From: Trichoplax sp. H2
Lineage: Eukaryota
Reading direction: 5' to 3'
Length of the DNA: 47,509 nt
Assembly (NCBI GenBank): GCA_003344405.1
Contig: NOWV01000119.1
Span: forward strand, 186,001 to 233,509
Shown here: positions 12,614 to 24,028 of the stretch, one piece after another
Position numbering within the stretch: the stretch's first letter is position 1
Layout: each line of letters starts with the position of its first letter
Notes under the pieces: generated by a model
Told to the model about the DNA's origin: nothing
Seen by the model: only the letters and a program-made list of their open reading frames with translations
Database searches by the model: none
Position numbers and translations under genes: made by a program

Positions 12614-14551
12614 TTACGCGATCTGAGGGAAAAGTTTTTTCAATTGGCAAACTGTATCTTCTGGCGATGTAACGGTATGACCAATTGTGCGTTCGCTATT
12701 AAAAATTTCGTGATCGTTCCCACCCTGATCGTCGCGAAAATATGTTATCTTAGTATTAAAAGCATCGATTGAATGATACATTATATTCGCTTAAAAAGCA
12801 ATCAGGCTAAATCGCTAACAACTGTTATATACCGGTTGAGTTTTGTCACCAAAGAAATAAATTTGATCGAATTCATTTGCTGGTATATGACGTAGGCAAT
12901 AAGTTTTGTCCCATCCGATTGGAAAGACATCAATACTAATTTGCCCACCTATGTCAGTGTCCAGTACAAAAAGTTGTCACAATTTTGAATAGTGGTTATA
13001 ATATTTCAATTATCCTAAAGTAAATTGTCCTTGGATTAACATGTGTACCGATCGCAAATTGTAGGCCAACATCAGGAAATTCTTTTCGGAGAGCTTGTAG
13101 AAACTTGAGTCGAATATTTTCAGCCTAATAGAAATTGATCGTCATAGATAAATATAAAATAGGATAGTATGATAGTATATTATGATAGCATGATAATACT
13201 CGTATACCATCATAGAGTAAAACTGTATACACGTAGCTAGAAAAGTTCAAACAAAGTTTCTGATGATACCTTGTCCAAAGCGACAAATTCCAATCTTTCG
13301 TCGTAGCTACAGCTGCGTCCAATAGGACAAAGATTAATCATGCTAGAGCGGAATTCAACAAAAGTACCTCTAGAATGACAAATCAAGAATTAATGAACTA
13401 CTGTTATGTGATGTTAAGTTATGTAGTACTACAGTATATGACTCGTATGTATTGACGTAGAGCGATAACGAATATGCGTCTACTCTATTTATTATTGCAT
13501 GATGGTATTCAACCTTTTCCTAGGCAATTGCAATTCAGACATGTATTTTAAAGCAAAGTTGATGACTTTCTGTAAGTTATCATCTCCGATGCAGCTGACA
13601 ATATTCTATGCAGGTATTACAAAAAGGATCAGAAGTCAATTTTGAACAATTTATTTACCCACTATTCCTACACTGACTATTGATGAATAGCCAACAATAT
13701 CATGGTATAGCAAGTTGACTGACCTCAGCGCTTATTAATTCACCCTTCTTATAACCAACAACTCCATTTTCAGCAAAGACATAATCATAAAACTTGGGAA
13801 CTGGCGAGAAAGGATTGAAATCATACAATAGAATTGATTGTAAACTACCTACTTCATATCCATTGCAATATAAACAGGACCAACTAATGTAATAAGTCTT
13901 ACAAGTCGTGTTACAAGACTTGTTGACAAATTGGCAGTTGTACTGAAAAGACGTAGGTATATTCAAGTCATCTATAAAACAATTTTCTACTCCTCTACGG
14001 AAATGCTCATTCCATTTGAAATAACTGTCTTGGCAAGTAAACCCAAGCGGAACTACAGAAGAGTATACTGTTTATAGTAGATCCCATTTGTACTAGTGTT
14101 GTCGCCTGCTGATGATCTTTGAATTAATGTCCTATACTGCATGTATTTGTAAGCTTGGATGACTAGAATACAAACAGCGAGCTATACAAGCATGCCATAC
14201 GATAGCATGTAAGAGAAATAAGTTTATCTTTTCCTTACTATCCTCTCCACCCAATTGTTCCTTGATTTTGCCATAATCTGATCCACCAACAATGCCAACA
14301 GCAACATGTTTCTTAAGGTTTTCTAGGGTGCATTTCATGTTATCCTCAATAAGCTAATATTGGAGAGAGAGTTAGTCAAGAAGGAGTAAATTGATCGATG
14401 ATGGATAGCAACAAGCCAAGAGAGTGCAAGTACTTGTACTGTTGAAGCCTACAATCTACAATAGTACAGCCTTCAATAGATCATCGCTAACCTTGCGAGC
14501 TGGCGTTAATGTGCCATCCACGTCGAATAATACAAGTATTTTGGCAGCCAT
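12614..14551 (-). CDS. PMM2: Phosphomannomutase (eukaryotic PMM, HAD family), multi-exon
   Basis: First exon [20 protein letters not shown] (14492-14551); [60 protein letters not shown]; stop TAA at 12614-12616. It is probably co-orthologous to PMM1 and PMM2. Confidence 0.95.
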
Positions 14552-14729
14552 TTTCACCGATTCTAAATAATCAATTTCCTAAATGTTGATCTCCTTTTTC
14601 CAACCGATTCTCGTCGACACTTTAACTACCAGTAGTTCTACGCACCAAAATGAAATCTCCTCCGAGTTAGTTGTATCCGGTTTGCTCAATCGCAGTCAAC
14701 AAAACTCCGTCAGCTGTAGTCCAGTTAAA

Positions 14730-15480
14730 TCTACTATACTGTACATGCAGTATACAGTACAGTACGTGATAAATCCGTCCATCCGACCACACAGTACACA
14801 GTACTGTGTATTGTGTAATACAGTGTACAGTGTACGCTACTGTACACTGTACACTGTTCAGTACCAATCTCGACATCTCGTACATGAGAAGTCTGTCCAT
14901 CCGACCATGTAGTACACAGTACACACTCTACTGTACTGTACAGTGTACAGTATAGCAGTTGTACAGTACATGAGAAGTCCGTCTATCCGACCACACAGTA
15001 CACAGTACAGTACTGTACTGTACTGTACTGTGTGACGGCCCAGCCATAATAACCCCGATTACTCACATACAGTACAGTACTCAGCGTAAATACAGTAGCT
15101 TCAACGATGATACAGTACTGTACAGTGTACAGTACAGTACATTATTCTAGGAGTTTTACAGTGTACAGTGTACGCCACTGTACTGTACTGTACACTCAAC
15201 AGTATAGTTCAGTACCAATCTCGTGCATGAGAAGTCCGTCCACCCGACCATACAGTACACAGTACACACTACAGTATACAGTACTGTACTGTACAGTGTA
15301 CAGTACAGTACGGTTCAGTACCAATCTCGTACATGAGAAGTCCGTCCATCTGACGATGCAGTACTGTACAGTATACTGTACAGTACAGTACGGTACCGTA
15401 CCTGTTGTACTGTACTGTACGGTATTGGTGATAATGGGTAGTACAGTACGGTACTGTACGTACAGTACAGTACCGTATAA
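14730..15480. repeat. TACAG/TACTG low-complexity palindromic tract with ~5 embedded copies of a CTCGTACATGAGAAGTCCGTCCATCCGACCA-like unit, between the divergent PMM and LRR genes
   Basis: Directly visible. It generates the spurious Y/C/T/V/Q-rich ORFs in the track. Confidence 0.9.
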
Positions 15481-15514
15481 GGATCACTAGTATCTGCTCA
15501 CCCGGCGGCAGTTT

Positions 15515-15525
15515 CAAAATGGCGG
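15515..15525 (+). promoter_or_regulatory. YY1-like motif CAAAATGGCGG upstream of the LRR gene
   Basis: Matches the YY1 consensus (CAARATGGCGG), about 50 bp before the ATG at 15574. Function is untested. Confidence 0.35.
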
Positions 15526-15573
15526 ATTATTGCTAAACAACTTTGGATAGATTTCAACACAGAAGAGAACGCC

Positions 15574-18500
15574 ATGACTTCACACGATCGTAAAGAAGTC
15601 AAAAAGCTAAAGGACAAAGCTGCCAGTAAAACTCTTTTCGGCAGTAATCAAGACATTGTTGTGATTGCAGCTGAAGATATGGTAAGCTATGACAGAATCA
15701 GCTCACGAAATGCAGCAGTAGCTTTAGAGCAAGAGTATAGTCAACATACTTTAGGCATGGAAACGAAATGAACAGTCAAGTGAATTATGATGATTCTCCA
15801 GCATAGACTTCAATATGGGTGAATTAAGAATGATAGTAGAATGCAATCAATTTTGAAGCTGATAGTTACCTATAGTACTTGCTATAGTCATCGGTAAGGA
15901 ATAAATTAACCTTCCAATCGATACACATCAATTAGAATTATTGAATTAAATTGTTATCATTCAGTATAAGCTTCAAGATCGATAAATAGACACGGTATAA
16001 GGATAGAGTGAATTTCGAAAAGGATACAGTTACTCTTTCCTAACAATAATATGGACACTATGATATTGAGAGAGCCTATCAATATCGCCGATTAGAGCAA
16101 TATATTGTACACGTATAATACATTACTCGGCCTATAACATACGCGTGAACTAATTAACTTGCTAGATACTTCATTAGCTGCTGTGTGCAGTGATCATAGA
16201 ATTAGATGCATACTGTACAGTGACTGATGGAAAAAAAATAGCTATGACGTAAGTTATTATTCTGAAACTTAACAAAAGTCTTAATATAGATAAATACAGT
16301 TACTGCGTGACAGTAGATGGTACGGCATTCGGCTGTTTACTAAACTAGCCAGATCCCTCATTAGCTGCTGTGTGCAGTGATCATAGAATTAGATACATAC
16401 TGTACAGTGACTGATGGAAAAAATAGCTATGACGTAAGTTATTATTCTGAAAGTTAACAAAAGTCTTAATATAGATAAATACAGCTACTGCGTGACAGTA
16501 GATGGTACTGCATTCGGCTGTCTACTAAACTAGCCAGATACTTCATTAGCTACAGTACTAAAAGCTTCAACAATTGCAAATTAACAACCAATATAAGAGT
16601 AGTATTAATTTCCTGACCAATGGATTGATTGATCTGGTTTCATGATATGTGTTTTCGTATTGTATATCCAATAGTTGAAGAAATGCAACGAAAAACACTA
16701 CGCCGACGTTTATAGCCTGGATATAAGCAACACTGGAATAACAAGAATTGCAAACTTAGAAAAGGTAAAATCATTCCTCACACCTGCCATGAGAGTATCA
16801 ATAGGTCAACAATGACAATACAAGTAAAAGTATATCAAAGCCAAATCAATGATTTCTATCGTTATTGTTATCTTTACTATGAACTAGTAATACCGTATGC
16901 AATGGGGCTATGTCGTTATGCTTGCTATTGGAATCAATGTCAATAGAATCCAATAAATAAAGAATTATAATTAATTAACTTTATTTTCACTCTTCCTTTA
17001 ACTCCATCATTAAACACAGTTTATAAAGCTTCGAGTCTTGGATTTATCATGTAATAAGATAGAATGGATAGATGGTTTACAACACAATCAGGTATTTTTG
17101 TTACTGATTAATATAGCATGTTTGATATACGTATCGTAAAACAAGTATATAACAACCTCTCCACACCAGTGTTCCCATATAAGTTTCTAGGGATTTGACT
17201 TTCACCTTTTTCTGTATAGGAATTGCGTGAACTGAAATTATACTCGAACAAAATTTCTGAGTTAAATGGCTTAGAGAAGTAAGTAACCAGTAGCTGTCAA
17301 CATCAACATTCCCAGAAACGATCAATAATAATTTAACAACGACAGTACATACAAGTGTATGCTACGGCCAGTGTCGATAATACCTGAATAACTTTCTAGT
17401 TACCTATTGTATGTACAATTTTATACTGTACAGTGTACAGTATACTTATCTACTTTCTTAATCTAACTAAAAAATGTTCACAATGACAGACTTAAAGGAT
17501 TAACTAACCTAATTCTTCAGTTTAACAACATTACTGAAATAGGTAAGTAGTATTCAAATTTATCTTAGGTTTTGTATACCATAGATTGTGTAATATTACC
17601 AGTAGCATATTTATTGATTAGCTCTTATTAATTTCATTTAGGCAACGGTTTAAAATCGTTAAGGGCACTCAAACTCCTCCGGATAGACAATAATAAAATT
17701 AATAAAGTGGAAAAAAACACGTTGACTTGTTGCCCAAATTTAAGTAGCTTAGACATGAGCAACAATTGTATCCATGATTTAACGGTGAGTATCTTTCGGC
17801 CTTTATGTGATATAATGGGGCTAGTATAGGAGTAATTATAATTTCAAGTCGTTCATTCAGTCATTTCGTGATTCGTTAATCTAAATAAAATGCCTCCCGT
17901 AAAAGTATCAGCTGGGATCATAATACCATTATTTATGACTGATGCATCTCAATTTTGTGATGGTATGACTTATTTCTGTTGATATCTATAGAATATCTGC
18001 TGTTTGAAAGCCTTAACGGAACTACGATTAGCAAATAATCAAATAGAGCATCTACCGGATAGTCTTGCTTGCAAATCAGTTAGTACGATTCAAGCACCAT
18101 AATAATGAACATTATCAAAAAATTTATACGAGTATTTTTCATGCTGTAACTCAGACTGCACCATTTCGCTAGTTATAAGTGAAATTAGATTAATCAAATC
18201 TACATAATTTATGCAATTTTTTACTAGCTGTCGGAATTAGATCTATCAGGTAACAGTCTTACCGATGTTGGTAGCTTGAATGGTTTACATGTTTTGAATG
18301 TAAGTGTTAACAATCATTTTAAATAAATCTATACAAGCATGTGGTTCCAGAATAGAAGTAGAAATACATAAGAAATCCAAAAACTGGACGATTTATTGAG
18401 CGACATGCCCAACTAATTTTGAATTTAATTTACTTTGATAGAATCTTAATATCAGCCGAAATAAAATACAGACTTTGGAATCATTAGGGAAAATGGGGTT

Positions 18501-20725
18501 TGTATTTATTTAATTAAACTGAATTCTGAATACTATCCGGTAAGTATCCTTATCAAGATAAAAACTTGACACTTTCAGGCGACTGCAAGAACTGCGAGCA
18601 GCTGACAATCTGATTTCATCAATATCGGTACTTCATATTCAATGATTATCGTCGTAATACAAGTATGAAGCATTAACGTATAAATAGTCTTTAATGGTAT
18701 CCATTACAACTATTTAAAGAGAATAAATGTTCAATTTCCGGCTCTCGAAATACTTGATATACAACGAAATCAGATATCTTTTATTGAAGATATGGTAAGT
18801 TATCTCACGATGCATACTGCTTTTAAATACATTTTGTGTTCTGCCACTGTATTGTAGTAGTTGTCAATATGAAACTGCTTGATGATTTATGACAGCTGTC
18901 ATTGCATTTTTTCAAGAGATATGGGTATCTAGCCTAGAAGTAGTGACAGATCTGAATCATTACTTTACATAATCGTTTGTAGATTTAACAACGTTGACTA
19001 TCAGCATTGGATATTCTCTTCTTACCTGAAAATTCTATACACGAGACTATCTTGCAAAAACTTAAAAATGGTTCTTTTCATTATTTAGGAATCACTAAAG
19101 TTAATTTCTACCGCAACAGAATATTTACTAATAGGTCAGTAAAATTGTTAGCACAAATCACTATAATTTATTTGATGCCTATTTTCTCTTCACCGCAATA
19201 TTTTTGTGCAAATGATGTCCAAAATATTCTCCTTAAAATTGAAATTAAGGAAATCCTGTTGAGTCAACTCCGGAATATAAGGGGTAATCATATGCCTTTT
19301 ATTGATTTATACTTGTAACAAATAAGAATGTTAGCAGACTATTGAGTAATTTCATCGGCTATTGCAGCTAAAGTAATGCTTCTCATGTGTTAGATTTTTA
19401 GCCAAGATATGGGAACTTGTTCTAAATCTGGAATCCTTGAACAAGGTATCTAGTATAGAAGCTAATCGTTATGCTAGATTTTCGCAAGTATGTTAATGTA
19501 TAAGATATTTGGACTTTTGTGTTATATTCTAACTCCAAGAAACAAAAGAGATCGAAAAATAATCCGAAACGACCGGGTTCTGCAACTATTATTATGAGAA
19601 AAATGTCAGGTTGGCGTTGTATTTCTTGCAGTCCCATATATCTCCATTAATAGCGATATACAGTATTACCGATTCTATTATGTACAACTCAGTACAAGTA
19701 CTTACTTACTTACTACGGATATATCTCTACGGCTTTTAACGAGCTTATTACAAAGTATTGCAATATAATAATTGAACGAAAATTTCTGCCATATATAGGA
19801 TTCGAGTCCAAAGAGGTAGAGGAAATAATTAAATTTTCTACAAGGCAATTGCATACATTTGAAACTTCAGTACAAGAAAGGTTTGCTTGCCTATTTATTT
19901 TATTAATATCGTTCTATGTGTAATGATAAAATAATGACTTCTTGTTATTTCCTATGGAATTGCAATATATAGATTTAATTCTATCCGGAAATCAATCGAT
20001 GAGCTACTCCCTGTACAAGCCATGTCTAAACGATGTATGATTAACTTCAAATGTACACTTTCGTATATATTCGCGTACAATGATAAAACGATGTATTATT
20101 TATTTTTACATATTGAGATCCTTAGTATCAATTGCACAGCATATTTTTCTATAAGGAGCTGAACTACTACTAATCTTTTGGGAGTGTAGGTTTATAACAA
20201 AAAAACAGTAGTAGCAGAGTAGGACATAATAAATTCCTGTTATTTTATACATCGTTGAAGCCAAGTTAATTGCGTTGCTGGTAAAACTAGAAATCTAGAT
20301 TTGACTGTCATGTATAATCGATTCAGTCATGTTATCAAGAATTATTATTGTATATTCAAAGTATATGTGTACAAATTACACATTAAATCTTTCATTTAAA
20401 TTCTTGTTTGCTGAATTTTACTATTGCAGCAATATCACCTTCCAAGAGCGCAATGGATGAGCGACCATATTCTGCAGGACAACGGCCATCTAGCCGCAGT
20501 GGAAGGTTATATAATAAATATCTATTGTTCCGCCTTAACTTTAGAATTACTCGTACTGCATAAATGTGAAAGTCAACTATCGTACAAATAAATTGCTATA
20601 AGTGTAATAAGCAATATCCAATTATCAAATGAATTATTTTTTGACTTTACAGGCTATCACGACTTCAGGAAGCTATGGCTTTTGCAACTGAAAATTTTAC
20701 GGAAGAGCCTGAACAGACCTCATGA
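15574..20725 (+). CDS. SDS22-class leucine-rich-repeat protein with LRRcap and low-complexity C-terminus, many short exons
   Basis: Exons 15574-15681, 16675-16764 (VYSLDISNTGITRIANLEK), ~17019-17091 (LRVLDLSCNKIEWIDGL), ~17220 (LRELKLYSNKISELNGL), further LxxLxLxxN exons, GNPVESTPEYKG..LNLESLN cap (~19250-19445), and a last exon ending at TGA 20723-20725. Orthology not determined. Confidence 0.8.
16161..16552. repeat. Near-identical intronic tandem duplication, 2 x ~187 bp plus the start of a third copy
   Basis: TCATTAGCTGCTGTGTGCAGTGATCATAGAATTAGAT... at ~16170 and ~16358; AGATACTTCATTAGCT recurs at ~16535. Confidence 0.9.
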
Positions 20726-21323
20726 CAGTAGCGCACTGTAAACCCATATTTACCTAGCAAAAGTGGGATGATGTCTTAATGCTATAACAAAGAATATTTT
20801 TTTACCAGCTTATTATTTTCATTTCATTATTCTTTATAGTAGGTAAATAATAATATTATTAATGGAATATCATTTCTGTAGTTATAAATACCGTGATCAA
20901 TTGTGTAAATAGCCCATTATTTTTGAACGATGATCATGGTTGTTGTAATTTAATAGGACATTGCGAGCATGAGAGAAATGCCAAGTTCGATATTTTTTTA
21001 ACCAAATTGATAACTATTGCATAAAGCAAAGAATTCTGAGCTCGATGACGTAAATCGTGTTCATTACGTATCTGTTATTTTGTAATTTATGTTATAATAT
21101 AATATATTTTTAGAACCAAAATCTGACGACAGATCGTTCATAAAAAATAAAATATGAATTACTCTTGACGTTGCAGTTTAATAATATTTATATAAAATAT
21201 AGGCCATGCATGACTCTTACTACGATAAAAAGGCGCTATCACCATAACATACAACAATTGAATAGCACAACATGATCTGGCGATAATGACGTTGTAGATG
21301 CATTGCACTGTAAGTAGAAAACA

Positions 21324-22064
21324 TTATTGTTTCAATATGCTTGCATAGCTTGTCAAGGCCGTCAGCGTAATAGAGGCAGTTTCACTTCTTAAGATGAAAG
21401 GACTTATCTTGATGCCAGTAGCACCAAGTTGATTTTCTAAATAGTTGATTTCTTTATCGGAAAATCCTTTCTCAGGTCCAATGCAGACAGTTTTACATTG
21501 AGCTAGGGTGGATTGAGGCGTAAATCCAACCTGAGCATTATCCAAGTGCCTAGTATCACCAAAACATATTGGGTGCACATTTGATTGTAATTTTAAATTA
21601 TGCAAACGATCAGCAAATGTCAACGTTGGTAAATCGAGGCGGCCACATTGCTTTATAGCGCTTATAGCAATCTCAGTCAATTTCTTACAACGTGCAGAGC
21701 TAAATTGCGAAATTTCACCTAGTTCACTGGCGTAGAGGTAAAAATGGCTTACTCCTAATTCAGTACATTTCTCGATGACAAGATCTAAGCCTTTACTTCG
21801 TATAAGTGGCTGAATTAAATTGATTCTCGGTTTATCCAGTACTAATTGCGTCAAGACTTGATCAATGTTTACGTGAGCAATTTGATTGCCTTGATAAGCA
21901 TCGATCCTGGCCTGTGCTAATTGATTTCTACCATTTATAATTTCTACCGTTTCTCCGACTCTCAGTCGCATTACATTCTTCATATGATGTAACTGATCGC
22001 CTTGTAAGGCAACTCTACCATTTTTGACCAGGTTGGAATTTAAGTAGAAGCGATAGCATGGCAT
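21324..22064 (-). CDS. rsmE: Bacterial-type 16S rRNA m3U1498 methyltransferase (SPOUT family), intronless, 246 aa
   Basis: Motifs HHMKNVMRLRVGETVEIING, VIEKCTELGV, AIKQCGR, IGPEKGFS and ILRSETA occur in canonical RsmE order and give a typical length. Confidence 0.93.
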   Translation of the reverse strand: MPCYRFYLNSNLVKNGRVALQGDQLHHMKNVMRLRVGETVEIINGRNQLAQARIDAYQGNQIAHVNIDQVLTQLVLDKPRINLIQPLIRSKGLDLVIEKCTELGVSHFYLYASELGEISQFSSARCKKLTEIAISAIKQCGRLDLPTLTFADRLHNLKLQSNVHPICFGDTRHLDNAQVGFTPQSTLAQCKTVCIGPEKGFSDKEINYLENQLGATGIKISPFILRSETASITLTALTSYASILKQ

Positions 22065-22828
22065 GATTCAATCGAGTAGCTAGGCAAAATTACGCGTATG
22101 TTTATGTGAATCTTGTAGGAGTTGTAGGCCACTGGTGTGGAAATTTTCCGTCGCAATAGGATAAATCAGTTGTAGCTTTCAAATTCTTCAATCGTGGTGC
22201 TAAAACTATCAATAGCAATAGTGTTAATACCAATGGTATCAGCTAAAATTGGCAGATAAGAAAAGCCTATTTAAGAATTGCTGCATTGCAAAGTATTTCA
22301 ATCCACCTGCATTAATATCAAAATCTGATTGGAATTAATAATCTTCACTTTCTTTCGGAACGCAAGGCTTTCATGCGATATAACACAACACTGCCAAATA
22401 CAATTAGCTTTTAAATCAGAATCTAGACGCTAAGGGATATTATCTTTCTCTAGATCCGCTAAGATTTAAAGTTATCATGTTACTACAGTAGATTTTCCTT
22501 CAGTGGAACTACGAGCCTCCTCAGGGAAATCATGGCCGCCATCGGCAAAGATTGCCAACTACAGTACTGTCGTTGGTACTCGAAATCAGGCAGTGTACAC
22601 ATTACACTCGCCTGTAGAGTATCGGTTAGTCTCTCTATACAGTCATACAAGTGGTATATTCGATCTGCTCACATGTAAAAGCTTTTATATAGATCGTACA
22701 GTATAGCAAGATACACTGAGTAGTGCTGCTGGTATTCGTAGCAGACTATGGTATGCATATTCACTATGCTATTTTTATAATATATCATAGAATTCGTTTC
22801 TACTGCAAAACACTGCTGCACACTATTT

Positions 22829-22853
22829 CAGGGACTACTAAGATAAGCCCCTG
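22829..22853. mobile_element. 25-bp inverted-repeat micro-element (CAGGGACTAC...AGCCCCTG) flanked by a 7-bp direct repeat ACTATTT
   Basis: Direct repeats at 22822-22828 and 22854-22860. The left end matches the TIR of the MITE at 47052. Confidence 0.4.
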
Positions 22854-22922
22854 ACTATTTTGACTGCCGTAATCGTAAAGTAAATAATAGTTTCTACTTT
22901 CTTCCATACTGTATGTAAAAAG

Positions 22923-23112
22923 AGTCTTATCTAAGATGGTAAAGTGTTAATGGATTATATAACAGTCTTATCTAAGATGGTAAAGTGTTAATGGATTATA
23001 TAACATAGTCTTATCTAAGATGGTAAAGTATTAATAGATTATATAATAATTAGAAATGGATTGTATAACATAGTCTTATCTAAGATGGTAAAGTCTTAAT
23101 GGATTATATAAT
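22923..23112. repeat. Minisatellite, 4 copies of a ~41-bp core AGTCTTATCTAAGATGGTAAAGTGTTAATGGATTATATAAC
   Basis: Directly visible. Confidence 0.9.
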
Positions 23113-24028
23113 AATTAGTAATACCACATGCAAACTTTGGTACGGTAGACTGTACAGCATGCAGTAGTATATTACTGTAATATGGTGTGCTTGGAATCTT
23201 GCTAAATTAACGATGTATCCTAACTCAAAGCAATCTTCTCTACACCTCATTTTCTTCGCCTAATGCTGTACTCTGGCAGTCTGACTCTGTTATGTAAATC
23301 TGATGCACAAAAATGCTGTACAATATATATGACATTATTGCGCGCTACACTGCTTACAATTACTACGCAAATTAAGATATCAAGCAAAAGTAATGCAAAG
23401 TTGATAACGCGTAACTACTAGAGACAAGAATTCTTACGGTATCGATTAGGAACAAACCTGAAAATATCGGTAGCCTAGAGCCAGCAAATATATTTTTATT
23501 TTTTATCTCAAAATTCATGTTTTTGCATAAATTTATACTACGCGTAAAACAAAGTTGTAATAAAGCTTGCAATAACAGTAACGCATGAACCCTTCTACCT
23601 ATTTATTCCATGACATTCATGAACGCATTGAATGATTTTTTGATACTGCTAGCAAATACTTTACAACGTATGGGGGTAATATTCTTCGGCATAATAGCAG
23701 CCATCAATAGCTGGTACATTTTCCGTTACAAATTTTCAGATATGCAGTACATGTACATCGTTCTGGAACTATTATAAATATCCACTAATAAATATCATCT
23801 AAATTATAATCGTTAATTTAAGGACCTACTATTCGTGAAGGTACAAATTACAGCGGATAATTAATCATATCATTACTGCATACTGTATTATAGTCTGTAC
23901 AAAAGAACTTTATAAACATATATTAACGATGCAATATTACATTTACTACAAGTCTTTGTACAAAAAATGTTTGATATCTAAGATATTGAAGAAAACTAAT
24001 TTTAACAATGCACTAGATTACATGAGAG

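Noticed and set aside
14583-15517. Y/C/T/V/Q-rich ORFs (also 32979-33908 and 38642-38861)
   Set aside because: They are translations of TACAG/TACTG repeats that happen to be open on both strands.
18544-18551. U12-type donor GTATCCTT in the LRR gene
   Set aside because: It lies inside an intron already explained by ordinary GT-AG boundaries.
19007-19318. 103-aa ORF
   Set aside because: It overlaps two small LRR-gene exons that are read in other frames, plus intronic sequence.
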